The position numbers and the translations under genes were made by a program. A stretch of DNA of 62,318 nt, counting the filler, from Candidatus Woesearchaeota archaeon (GTDB lineage Archaea; Nanobdellota; Nanobdellia; Woesearchaeales; JACPBO01): NCBI GenBank assembly GCA_016180285.1. It is 6 parts of 6 records of this genome, joined end to end, with 100 filler letters (N's around TTAATTAATTAA, not from the genome) between each part and the next. Parts side by side here need not be neighbours in the genome. Positions count along the whole stretch, not along the records: positions 19,983 to 29,172 come from JACPBO010000015.1; positions 29,273 to 53,864 come from JACPBO010000034.1; 4 more parts are not named here. The stretch is one strand, 5' to 3'. Below, piece after piece: positions 22,092 through 31,500 of this stretch. The first letter of the stretch is position 1, and each line of letters begins with the position of its first letter. The notes below the pieces were generated by a model. It saw only the letters and a list, made by a program, of their open reading frames with translations. It was not told the DNA's origin and did not search any database.

Positions 22092-22127
22092 CATACATTT
22101 AAATACATTAGCTACTTTCAAATAGTT

Positions 22128-22850
22128 ATGAGTTATTTAATTAAAAATTTAAAAGTTATTGCAGCTGGCGGCTTGTGCCTCATGACCGCCCTCTTAAGCA
22201 ATGTTCGTGCAGATGACATCTTCAAAGGCTTAAGAGGCCCGACAAACTGGCAATTGGACGAGAGAATCGCCTACTCCAGAAATGAAAAAAATGTTGAAAC
22301 AGTAACCAATAATCTGATATTGAAATACTGGGATGGCGATGAATTTGGAAAATTCGGATTTATCAGCCTGCCATATAAGTTTATAGATTCGACTAATCTT
22401 TCTGAAAATGGGCTAAGCGACATTTCAATAGGTGCTGGCCCAAGAGGAAGAACATTCCCAACAGGCAATAAGGGCTTAGGAAATGAAAGATATGATCTGA
22501 AAACAAGCATATTGGCCACATACTTAACAGCCGATAAAAAGTATGGGCTTGATGGGATATTGGAATATGCTTTTACAGGTGAGAACAAAAAAGATATTAA
22601 TCCGCCAAATGAAACATATCTTGGCTTATTAGCGGGCAGAAAAATTACAGATAAAATCAGATTTGCAACCGGACCTACAAGCACAGTAAAAGACAATGGC
22701 GATTATATTGCAAATTGGAGAGCCGTCATCAGATATACGGTTTCTCCAAAATTACATTTTGAATTAGTAGGAGATAAAGGGATTGATGGACATAACATCC
22801 CCGAATCAACTGGAATTGGACTTTATGTGAGACGTAATAAAAAATTCTAA
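22128..22850 (+). CDS. Secreted beta-strand-rich protein resembling COG4313/Phenol_MetA_deg beta-barrel 'transporter'
   Basis: Signal peptide, SLPY...GLSDISIG...FPTG...LG...YD pattern, alternating hydrophobic strands, terminal F. Confidence 0.5.
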   Translation: MSYLIKNLKVIAAGGLCLMTALLSNVRADDIFKGLRGPTNWQLDERIAYSRNEKNVETVTNNLILKYWDGDEFGKFGFISLPYKFIDSTNLSENGLSDISIGAGPRGRTFPTGNKGLGNERYDLKTSILATYLTADKKYGLDGILEYAFTGENKKDINPPNETYLGLLAGRKITDKIRFATGPTSTVKDNGDYIANWRAVIRYTVSPKLHFELVGDKGIDGHNIPESTGIGLYVRRNKKF

Positions 22851-22894
22851 GTAATTCCATAATAATGAAACGTATTCAATTTTTACATTTATAA

Positions 22895-23809
22895 CTATGT
22901 CCAAATATCAACCTTGTTTATTGTTCTTGTTTTTTCAAAAACAGCAGATCCGATCCCTTTTCCTACGAAAAACGACTGCTGAGAAAATGCCTCTGAGAGC
23001 AGGTCAATAAAGCTCTTCTTTTCTTTGTAACCAAATGCAGAAATTGTTATGTTCAGCGTATTTGCAAGGTATTGTTTTGCAGATTCCATGTCGCCAAGCT
23101 CATCAACCAGGCCAAGATCCAAAGCCTCCATTCCCAAAAAGAAAACGCCTGTTGATATTTCGCTGGCTTCTTCGTTTGTCAGCAGCCTGTTTTGAGCAAC
23201 TTCATCTATGAATATCCGGTGTATTTTGTCCAGCTTTTCCTGCATTATTCCTCTTTCTTCAGCTGTTAAATTCTTCAAGGGGCTTCCAATGTCTTTTTCA
23301 GATCCGGAAACTAGTCGCTGATACGTTACATTGTGCCTGTTTAAAAAACCAGAAATATCCAAATAAGACCCAAGAACGCCAATAGAGCCTGTAATAGACA
23401 TCCTGTTTGCGATTATGTAGTCTGCTGCAGACGCTACCCAGTAAGCCCCTGATGCGCCTTCCTCCCTTATTACAGCGACAGTCGGCTTGCTCAGCTTCTT
23501 TATTCTGGCTGCGATCTCATCTGATGCAACAGCAGAGCCGCCGGGAGAATTTATATCAAAGATTATGGCTTTTACATTGGGATTTTTATCCGCCTTGTCT
23601 ATGTTCTCAATTACTTTTGTCGAGGATGCAACTATGCTGCCGAATGATCCATATGATTCATCAGCCATTATGATGCCTTTTATCGGAATTACAGCAGCAT
23701 TTCCTGATTCAACTGGCGCTGAAGAAAGCAGCGCTGCGATGCCTGCAAACATCAAGCTGAAAAACCCCAAAATTGCCAGAACAACAATGACAACAGCCCA
23801 TTTGTTCAT
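22895..23809 (-). CDS. sppA: Signal peptide peptidase SppA (S49)
   Basis: INSPGGS, GASGAYWVASAAD and TGSIGV. Confidence 0.93.
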   Translation of the reverse strand: MNKWAVVIVVLAILGFFSLMFAGIAALLSSAPVESGNAAVIPIKGIIMADESYGSFGSIVASSTKVIENIDKADKNPNVKAIIFDINSPGGSAVASDEIAARIKKLSKPTVAVIREEGASGAYWVASAADYIIANRMSITGSIGVLGSYLDISGFLNRHNVTYQRLVSGSEKDIGSPLKNLTAEERGIMQEKLDKIHRIFIDEVAQNRLLTNEEASEISTGVFFLGMEALDLGLVDELGDMESAKQYLANTLNITISAFGYKEKKSFIDLLSEAFSQQSFFVGKGIGSAVFEKTRTINKVDIWT

Positions 23810-24300
23810 CTTGCCACCTCATAGACTTGCACAATCTTTGTATTTGACAATCTTTCCGTGAATCTTTTCCCTTCTTTATTGAAAAGCAGGTAAATAGGAT
23901 CCAGCATCCACAATAAGAAGAACGGAAATACAGGGATTATAAAAAGGTTTCTAACCAGAGCCTGCCAGAGCTTGATTTCCTTGGGTTCAATATGTAAGCT
24001 AAGAAGCATCATGCCAACTGTCTGGCCTAATTTGTACTGCAAAATAACAAAGTAAAGCAGCGCAAGAAGGGATATCGCCGCTGTAATGAAAAATAATGCC
24101 GTGTTTGCATTTTGGTTTGACAGCAGATAGGAATATGCTTCATTAAAAGATCCGCCAGGCATTAATTTCAATAATACGTTCCGGAACGGCCTCAATATTA
24201 TAAAATTTATAATTAACAGGTCTATAAGAAATGCAATGATCCTTCTTAACAGAGAAGCATTTACAGCAATCAACTTCTTTTTTGGCAGCTTTAATCTCAT
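23806..24300 (-). CDS. RDD-family membrane protein
   Basis: RRIIAFLID, GQTVG and ALVRN. Confidence 0.88.
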   Translation of the reverse strand: MRLKLPKKKLIAVNASLLRRIIAFLIDLLIINFIILRPFRNVLLKLMPGGSFNEAYSYLLSNQNANTALFFITAAISLLALLYFVILQYKLGQTVGMMLLSLHIEPKEIKLWQALVRNLFIIPVFPFFLLWMLDPIYLLFNKEGKRFTERLSNTKIVQVYEVAR

Positions 24301-25382
24301 GGTGAATGATTCCCCTCTGGAGATGATTTTTCCATCATAGCCTTGCAGTTATCTTCGCCAATAAACTTCCCATTTACAGTGCATTCCTTTGGAGGCCCGC
24401 TATCTGTAGCATTTGAAGGCGAAGCCGATTCTTTTCTGAACAAACTTTTAATCCAATCAATAAGTCTGGCAAAGAAATTTCGATTGTCCGGCTCTTTGTA
24501 TTGCTTATGATCTGCACTTGCAGCAGGCTGATAATTAGGCTGCCCTCTCACTTCTGTCTGTACTTCTTTGCCTATCTTCCTCTCATACTTTTGAGCAACA
24601 TCTACCAATGTTTTCAGCGACTCCTTAGAGCAACCTCCACCAGCCGGTCTTCCGGATTCGGTTTCTCCCATCTGGGCAATGTCTGGATGAGCCTTGGTGA
24701 ATTGTTCGCAATTAGTTGCATTCGTATTATAAATAGAGACTCTCTTGAGTTTTTTCAGATTATCAAGGCATGATAAATCTCCTGTAACGTCGGGATTTCC
24801 TGGGTACTCATCTGCTATTCCCAGCTCTTCAATATTGGTTAAATTGCTCAATGCGCAAATGTTGCCTTTGATATTAGTGCCGCTGACATAAATTGCCTTT
24901 AAGTTAGGCATATTGGAAAAAACAGACAAATCTCCTGAAATTTGGGTATGGGTCATGGCAAAAGTTTCTAACTTAACCAGGCCTTTTAAGCATGAAATGT
25001 CTCCTGTTATATTTGGATCAAAGGCAAATTTCAGGCTTCTTAGCTTTGTTGCGTTGCTTAATGAGCAGATATCGCCGGAAACTTCAGGATTGGAATAAAG
25101 ACTAAAAACCTCCAAATTTGTCAGATTCTTCAAATTGGCAATATCGCCCTTAATTCCGTGCTCAGTCGCATCCAGATACTGCAGGCAGGCCAAATCCTTT
25201 AATTGCGCCAAATCTTTAAGTGAATCTTTATCAGTAATTCGGATAAAGTCTTCCTTAGGGTATAACATCTGGTATTCTTTATAGACAGAAGTTTTAATAT
25301 CGCCTGATTGGCAGGGCTCCAATGCAAAAGCAAAATTAGCCAAGAAAATGAATATGATCAATGCTATGGTTCTCTTAGTCAT
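24297..25382 (-). CDS. Secreted leucine-rich-repeat protein
   Basis: Signal peptide; five to six ~23-24-aa repeats of LxxLxxLxxLxL...xI/VxGDI/L. Confidence 0.85.
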   Translation of the reverse strand: MTKRTIALIIFIFLANFAFALEPCQSGDIKTSVYKEYQMLYPKEDFIRITDKDSLKDLAQLKDLACLQYLDATEHGIKGDIANLKNLTNLEVFSLYSNPEVSGDICSLSNATKLRSLKFAFDPNITGDISCLKGLVKLETFAMTHTQISGDLSVFSNMPNLKAIYVSGTNIKGNICALSNLTNIEELGIADEYPGNPDVTGDLSCLDNLKKLKRVSIYNTNATNCEQFTKAHPDIAQMGETESGRPAGGGCSKESLKTLVDVAQKYERKIGKEVQTEVRGQPNYQPAASADHKQYKEPDNRNFFARLIDWIKSLFRKESASPSNATDSGPPKECTVNGKFIGEDNCKAMMEKSSPEGNHSP

Positions 25383-25470
25383 ATCTATACTGGCAATTAC
25401 TGCAGATATAAAACTTTCTATTTAAACAACAAAATTCCACTTGTCTTATATGATTGAGAAAACGATATCA

Positions 25471-25908
25471 TTACATCCAATAATCTTCCACTCTATTTGA
25501 AGGTAATTTTCTCCCAATTCTAATCGCCATTGAAGGAGCATTTTCTACAATGATCTCTGCTAATCTATCAGCACGTCGTCTAGATTTTTTGTCCATTTCT
25601 GAAATTATCTCTACCTCAACTCCAAGAATGCCCAACCCGTCAAAATATGCCCCATTAACTGCTCTCTCAACCTTTACAGTGAGACCATTCATCCGATAAG
25701 TATCTACATCTGTCATATCAAATTTTTGGGCATTGTCAATCCATAAAAAATCAGGTGGAGAAACTATTCTTCGGACTTCCCCCCAGATAGAACTGATTCT
25801 CTTAAAATCAAATTCAAATTGTTCATCCTTTTGTCTTAAAATAACAGAATAATATTCTTGGATATTTTTTGGGTCTGTTTTTATATATAGTTTACTCTCT
25901 GTCACCAT
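25471..25908 (-). CDS. Hypothetical protein
   Basis: ORF; start placed at MVTESK downstream of a TATA-like box. Confidence 0.55.
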   Translation of the reverse strand: MVTESKLYIKTDPKNIQEYYSVILRQKDEQFEFDFKRISSIWGEVRRIVSPPDFLWIDNAQKFDMTDVDTYRMNGLTVKVERAVNGAYFDGLGILGVEVEIISEMDKKSRRRADRLAEIIVENAPSMAIRIGRKLPSNRVEDYWM

Positions 25909-26025
25909 GATAAATAGAATTGAGGACTCATATATAAAGTTTATTATGCTTTGGTTATGAACATAAATATCGCAATCTTTATAAGACAATCCTTATTTCT
26001 TTGGTCCAAATGGAAGAACGATCGC

Positions 26026-26328
26026 ATGGAAGAGATCAGAAGAGTCAAGCTTCCCAGGGGAAAGCAGTGCATTGGAATTCTTGACCAGAGATTAGGGGCT
26101 TCCAGAAACAGGGTAAGGTGCTTTGACGGCAAAACAAGGATATGCAGGATTCCAGGCAGAATGAAGAGAAAGCTTTGGGTCAGGGAGGGCGATGTTGTCC
26201 TGATCGAGCCGTGGGAGCTCGGAGGAGATGACAAAGCAGACATAATTTTCAAGTACAGGCCTTCTCAAGTTCAATGGCTGAAGAAGAACGGCTATCTGAA
26301 GAATCTTGCAGAGTTTGAGGCGTTTTAA
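26026..26328 (+). CDS. eif1a: Translation initiation factor aIF-1A
   Basis: RLGASRNRVRCFDGKTRICRIPGRMKRKLWVREGDVVLIEPWE. Confidence 0.95.
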   Translation: MEEIRRVKLPRGKQCIGILDQRLGASRNRVRCFDGKTRICRIPGRMKRKLWVREGDVVLIEPWELGGDDKADIIFKYRPSQVQWLKKNGYLKNLAEFEAF

Positions 26329-26377
26329 TTACTCAAAAATAGAAATCTTTAAATATTCTTTATTGTTTTGATGGATT

Positions 26378-26947
26378 ATGATGGGTGGCAGATTGCATTT
26401 TGCAATATTGATTGTGATGTTTCTTGACATAGTGGGCCTGATAAAGGCGACATTCGGCATTGAGGGAGTTTTCATATGGCAGCTTTTCCTGACTGTCATT
26501 TTCCTGATATCCGGAATTTCAATAATGTACCTTCTGCTTAAAGAAGATGCGTGGGCATGGCCTTATATTTATTTTTCTGCTGTGCTGGTTGATGTCATTT
26601 ACCTTTATTTCCTGACAGGCGGCTCTTTCATGTTATTTTTACTTGCTCTGTTTACAATAATTGGCATGCTGGCTTCCCTGAATATCGTTAAAAAAGAGAA
26701 AGCCAAGGATGAAGATTTTTATGAAGCCAAAGACATTGTTAAGGATATTGAAATAGAGCCTTCTGAAACAAAGTATTCTGTTGAAACATATGAGCCAGGC
26801 AAGTACGTTGCAAGCAAAAACGCCAGCTATTACCATGCGCCAAAATGCGACTGGGCGGAGAAGATCAATGCAAGAAACAGGGTTTGGCTGAACAGCGATG
26901 AGGAAGCGAAGAAGAAAGGGTATAAGAAGCATAATTGCTTGAAGTAA
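26378..26947 (+). CDS. 4-TM membrane protein with C-terminal Ada-type metal-binding domain
   Basis: YVASKNASYYHAPKCDWAEKI...EEAKKKGYK..NC. Confidence 0.75.
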   Translation: MMGGRLHFAILIVMFLDIVGLIKATFGIEGVFIWQLFLTVIFLISGISIMYLLLKEDAWAWPYIYFSAVLVDVIYLYFLTGGSFMLFLLALFTIIGMLASLNIVKKEKAKDEDFYEAKDIVKDIEIEPSETKYSVETYEPGKYVASKNASYYHAPKCDWAEKINARNRVWLNSDEEAKKKGYKKHNCLK

Positions 26948-26967
26948 GTTAAAATTTTATAAATCAA

Positions 26968-27651
26968 ATGAGTGTGGTATCAATGAAAGATGAAGACCTG
27001 TTAGAGCAAATTTTGATGGCAGAAGAGTGGGGCATTATGCTGTCTAGCGGTGTTGAGCTTTCAAAATCACTTCAACTCTTAAAAGAAAGGTATCCGAATT
27101 ACGATTCTGAGATTGGAACGATATTGAATAGTGTGGAAAGCGGTTGGTCTATCAAGGACGAGTTGCATTCAGTACGCGCCGAACGTTTCTATCCATTTTT
27201 GGCCGCCATGATTGAGGTTGGTGAAGAAACATATAATTTATGTAATGCTCTTATCGGGGCATCAGAAACCCTGTGGATACAATTAAGGGTAAAACGAGAC
27301 AAACCAACAAAATACAATAACGAGGTTGTTTTCTACACGCAACTTGCAGCATTGGTTGAAAGATTTCCTGTAAGCAGAAGATTGAAACAACCCGCAGAAA
27401 GGGCATTGGAGGTCATACGTTGTTCTGATTATCTGCCAGAAGATTGGAAAGAAGCTATTATGGATAGAGAAGGCATATCCTATGATAACTTATTATCTGG
27501 CGTTATGTCCAAACACAAAGAAATATTTGATGAGATGGATGCTGAAATAGTCAAATCTGCTGAGAAAAACAGAACACTTAAGGATGCGCTAAACAATTTG
27601 GCGCAGTTTTATTGTAAAAGACGAGAATATGAGCTTTGCTATAAAAAATAA
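26968..27651 (+). CDS. Tandem T2SSF (PilC/GspF-like) domain protein lacking TM helices
   Basis: MLSSGVELSKSL...VESG.SI...AMIEVGEET..L, and second repeat FYTQLAAL...MSKHKEIF...SAEK..TL..AL..LAQFY. Confidence 0.65.
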   Translation: MSVVSMKDEDLLEQILMAEEWGIMLSSGVELSKSLQLLKERYPNYDSEIGTILNSVESGWSIKDELHSVRAERFYPFLAAMIEVGEETYNLCNALIGASETLWIQLRVKRDKPTKYNNEVVFYTQLAALVERFPVSRRLKQPAERALEVIRCSDYLPEDWKEAIMDREGISYDNLLSGVMSKHKEIFDEMDAEIVKSAEKNRTLKDALNNLAQFYCKRREYELCYKK

Positions 27652-27671
27652 GATATCTAAAGGTATTTTAG

Positions 27672-28526
27672 ATGAGATCAAATTTAGTTGATAAAGACAG
27701 AATATTTTCATTTGCAAATTCTATTTCTGACAAAGTTCTTGAAGCGCCAAATAATAAAGTAAAAGAATTTGCTGAAGAGCATTTTGGCAGTTATAAAAAC
27801 TATTTGGAAGAGATTAGAAGGCTTATAAGAGAAGATTCAATGAATTTATTGAAGGCATTTGGTGATGAGCCATTATTTTATTGTCAGGTTAAAGAGGATG
27901 ATCCTGTATTGAGAGGTATTCAATCTTCATACCAACAAGGGGTTTATTGTGATTTTCCATTAAAAAATCAGCTTTATTTAGATTTTCTTTCAAAAAATGA
28001 AAATCAAAAACCATGTATTGCCTCTATAGAGAATTTCATAAAAAAGTACTCATTCGAGATAAACATCCCTTCTCATTTAATTTGGTGCATGGAAAGGGCC
28101 CATTTCTATCTGTCTGAAAGGGAATTTTCAATGTTTATTAATTGGCGGGGAGGGAGCCTGCTTGCGCCTATAGAATGGTCTCTTAATAAGATGCCAGTCA
28201 ATATCTTCCCTATTGGAAAAAATAGAGAGATTACTAAAGTTGGTGTTACTGCAAAATATTATGGCCAACCTTTAGAACTGATTGAATTCAAAGAAAGTGG
28301 AGCAGTAATAACGCCTCCTCTTGCATGTGAAAATCCGTACCATCAATGGGGCAGATTGTTTGAAGATCCTAAACTATACCGATCTTTAACATCAATTGTT
28401 GAAGCAGTGAAACAGGAAAGGGATATGCCCGCCATAAAGATAGAATGGTCTACAGGATATTGCAGGTTCATCAGGACAAAGAATAAATCTCAGCCAGATG
28501 CGCAGGATATACTGCAGTTGGTTTAA
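27672..28526 (+). CDS. Hypothetical protein
   Basis: 284-aa ORF with no recognised motif. Confidence 0.65.
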   Translation: MRSNLVDKDRIFSFANSISDKVLEAPNNKVKEFAEEHFGSYKNYLEEIRRLIREDSMNLLKAFGDEPLFYCQVKEDDPVLRGIQSSYQQGVYCDFPLKNQLYLDFLSKNENQKPCIASIENFIKKYSFEINIPSHLIWCMERAHFYLSEREFSMFINWRGGSLLAPIEWSLNKMPVNIFPIGKNREITKVGVTAKYYGQPLELIEFKESGAVITPPLACENPYHQWGRLFEDPKLYRSLTSIVEAVKQERDMPAIKIEWSTGYCRFIRTKNKSQPDAQDILQLV

Positions 28527-28611
28527 TATATTGCTGTATAAGACCTTAATAATCGCAGCTTTATCATAGAGATAGAAAAGCATTTATAAAAAATAGTATG
28601 ATAAAACCGCT

Positions 28612-29028
28612 TTAGGCCAATATTTCGCGTATATCTGATTCTTCAATTCCTACTGACAAGTCAGGGAAAACATGCAGTTTAAAAGTATTTTCTCCTACTA
28701 TGGCCACTAAGCCTTCGTATATTTTCTTAGTACTATTGTATGGCTCATTTAAAGAGCTATTTGGCCCTGGATTTGAGCATGAAGAGTTGTAAGCTTCATA
28801 CTTCTTAGTGTCTTGATCAGTATGTAGCTCAACTGCATACTCGCCAGATCCTTTTTTTAAAAGGACAACAATCGCTTCAGAAATGTCTATAAGAGGTTTC
28901 ATTAAACCTGCAGAGGGAACACCATGTTTAATGACTTGAGAAGGATTTAAGCGGATACATCTATGTTCAATACAATCATCTACCGCTTCTCCATAGCTAA
29001 CTTTCCCAGTAAATGTTTTTTCTTCCAT
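28612..29028 (-). CDS. Hypothetical protein
   Basis: 138-aa ORF with an upstream BRE/TATA (GAAAAGTTTAAATA on - strand). Confidence 0.6.
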   Translation of the reverse strand: MEEKTFTGKVSYGEAVDDCIEHRCIRLNPSQVIKHGVPSAGLMKPLIDISEAIVVLLKKGSGEYAVELHTDQDTKKYEAYNSSCSNPGPNSSLNEPYNSTKKIYEGLVAIVGENTFKLHVFPDLSVGIEESDIREILA

Positions 29029-29172
29029 GTTCCACTGGAAAATAGTGATGATATTTAAACTTTTCTATGAACTGGCACAGTCAACTTAATGGTGCTAACC
29101 AATAAATATCTCCTTCTCTAAAACAAAAATTGAACGGCAGCTAACATGCCAGTAGCTAATGCTGCCGTTCGG

Positions 29173-29272
29173 NNNNNNNNNNNNNNNNNNNNNNNNNNNN
29201 NNNNNNNNNNNNNNNNTTAATTAATTAANNNNNNNNNNNNNNNNNNNNNNNNNNNNNNNNNNNNNNNNNNNN
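29173..29272. other. Artificial contig linker
   Basis: N-TTAATTAATTAA-N. Confidence 0.98.
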
Positions 29273-31441
29273 AAAGCAATATTTGTTGATTTGGGCAGGG
29301 CAGATAAAAGCCTGCTTGACAGCTATCCTGCTGTGAAAAACAGCGTTGAAGGGTCTAAGGCAAATGTTTTTCTTCTTAAAGGAGACAGGATAGTGAAATC
29401 TTTTGAAGCAGGGAATATTGAGGCGGGCTATCCTTACTTTTTATGCGTCAAGCCAAGGGCTGGTAAATTGAATCTGTTTATGGAAGGCAAAGGAAACAGG
29501 ACAAGGATAACAGCAGACTGCATTGATGACTGCACTGCTGCTGTTGTGACTGCCAAAGATGTTGAGAAGATTAAGACTGATGCTGCTTCAATAGGCGAAA
29601 CTGTAACAGAAGCATCAGATAAGATTGAAGTCAAAAGAAAGTTCTGCAGATTCAAGGAGAACTTTACAAAGGTTGAAATAACAATAAATGCAAAAGATAA
29701 ATTGGATAATGTAAAATATATCGAGTATATGCCGAAGGAATGCATTGACGACCTTAATGCCTATCTTGAAAGCGTTCTTCCTGATTATTACAAAATAAAG
29801 GCAGATCCTCTTATAATGTGGCATTTCAATGAAATGAATAAAGGCAAGGAAGAAACAATAACTTATATTTTGAAGATCGAACTGTCGGATTACTGCAAAG
29901 AGCTGATATCAGGAATGGGAATATTGAGTGCTCCGAATTATGGACCGTATCTTTCGAAAGAGCTGCCTTATACAACATTGTTTTTAGGCGACCCTCCTCT
30001 TTCTATAAATCTTGATGAGTATTTTAAGGATCCTGATAATAGTGTTTTAACTTATAATGCACTTGGAAATAGTTATGTAAGCGCATATACCTCAAATAAT
30101 GAAGCAACAGTAAGCGGAAGCAATCCTGTAACAGAAACAGAAGTTTCATTCACAGCATCAGACTCTGCTAATTCGGTTCCAGCTGGAATGACAGTAAGGG
30201 TTCTTGACAGCGGAGCTTGCTTAGATAATGATTTAGATGGCTATGGAAGAAATTGCCCTTCCGGGGAGGACTGCAATGACAATGACAATTCAATTAACTC
30301 TGGAAAAACAGACAGTCCATGCGATGGAATAGACCAGAATTGCGATGGAGCAGATGCACAGAATACATATGACTGCTATAATGCAGATAATGATGGAGAT
30401 GCATATAGGGCAGATAGCATTTCAGGAATAGCCACTGGCTGCAGCCGCCCTTCAGATTGCAAAGAAAGGCAGAGCATTGCAGACTGTAATGACAATAATG
30501 CAAATATTCATCCTAATCAGGCAGAGAATTGCAATAATGATATTGATGACAACTGCGATAACCTTAATAATGATGGCTGCGATTGCACAGGCACTGTAAG
30601 CCATGAATGCGGAGCTACTCCCTGTACTGGCATTCAAACATGCTCAAATGGCCAGTGGCCAGCCTGCACATTATTAGTGAGTTCTTGCGGAACAAGAGAC
30701 TGCTCGTCTAATAACTATTACAGCCTTTCTGGCAACGTGTGCAATTATTACGGCTATCCTAACTGCTATGATTCCTGCACTGCCCCTGGCACATGCACCT
30801 CTTGCATCTGTTCTTCTCCAACAATAGCATCCTCGCAAACATTGAATCCAAGCCAATGCCAATATATAGCTGGCTGCACAGGAACAACTCTTGGAAGCAT
30901 AGCAAATTATCCGGCAACAACACCATGCACAGGAGGAACATGCGATGGGAATGGGGGTTGTGTAACACAGCAAACATGCACTCCTCAGAGTTGCTCTTCT
31001 CTTGGCTATAACTGCGGCAGTTGGTCAGATGGCTGCAGCGGTACTGCAAATTTGAATTGCGGTAGTTGCGGCACTGGGCAGACATGTTCTGGTGGTAGCT
31101 GTGCAAATGCAGTTGCGGAGTTGAGTTTGGGATTCAGTAACATCAATTACCAATTTAATAACCCTTATCATTATTATTATCATACAAGAACCTTTATGGA
31201 AACTAAGGGTGTTGGTGTTACATTAACACAAGGACAATTATGTTTTCAAAGTGGGGGTTGTAATTCAGCAACAGTCAATTATAGAATCAATGCAAATGGA
31301 GCTTATACATGGAGTGATAACTTTTATACGTCTTATTCATCAGAGAAATTCACTCTAAAATACTGGGGAACAGATGACCATATGAATCTTGTTTATGTAG
31401 AACAATCCATGGATGTTGTTGGTTCGTGGCATAACCCCTAA
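29273..31441 (+). CDS. Large Cys-rich surface protein (5'-truncated) with MopE-like metal-binding repeats
   Basis: Open from the contig start. N-domain (FVDL...NVFL...FLCVKP..G.LNL.MEGKG), Ig/cadherin-like segment, DxDxDGY...DCNDN..I.P...C.G.D.NCD repeats, Cys-rich linker and beta-rich tip. Confidence 0.8.
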   Translation, partial: KAIFVDLGRADKSLLDSYPAVKNSVEGSKANVFLLKGDRIVKSFEAGNIEAGYPYFLCVKPRAGKLNLFMEGKGNRTRITADCIDDCTAAVVTAKDVEKIKTDAASIGETVTEASDKIEVKRKFCRFKENFTKVEITINAKDKLDNVKYIEYMPKECIDDLNAYLESVLPDYYKIKADPLIMWHFNEMNKGKEETITYILKIELSDYCKELISGMGILSAPNYGPYLSKELPYTTLFLGDPPLSINLDEYFKDPDNSVLTYNALGNSYVSAYTSNNEATVSGSNPVTETEVSFTASDSANSVPAGMTVRVLDSGACLDNDLDGYGRNCPSGEDCNDNDNSINSGKTDSPCDGIDQNCDGADAQNTYDCYNADNDGDAYRADSISGIATGCSRPSDCKERQSIADCNDNNANIHPNQAENCNNDIDDNCDNLNNDGCDCTGTVSHECGATPCTGIQTCSNGQWPACTLLVSSCGTRDCSSNNYYSLSGNVCNYYGYPNCYDSCTAPGTCTSCICSSPTIASSQTLNPSQCQYIAGCTGTTLGSIANYPATTPCTGGTCDGNGGCVTQQTCTPQSCSSLGYNCGSWSDGCSGTANLNCGSCGTGQTCSGGSCANAVAELSLGFSNINYQFNNPYHYYYHTRTFMETKGVGVTLTQGQLCFQSGGCNSATVNYRINANGAYTWSDNFYTSYSSEKFTLKYWGTDDHMNLVYVEQSMDVVGSWHNP

Positions 31442-31500
31442 GTCGTTCATTTTACTTCTCAACAGTTACAAAAGCAAAACATTTAAATAGTCAAACCCTA

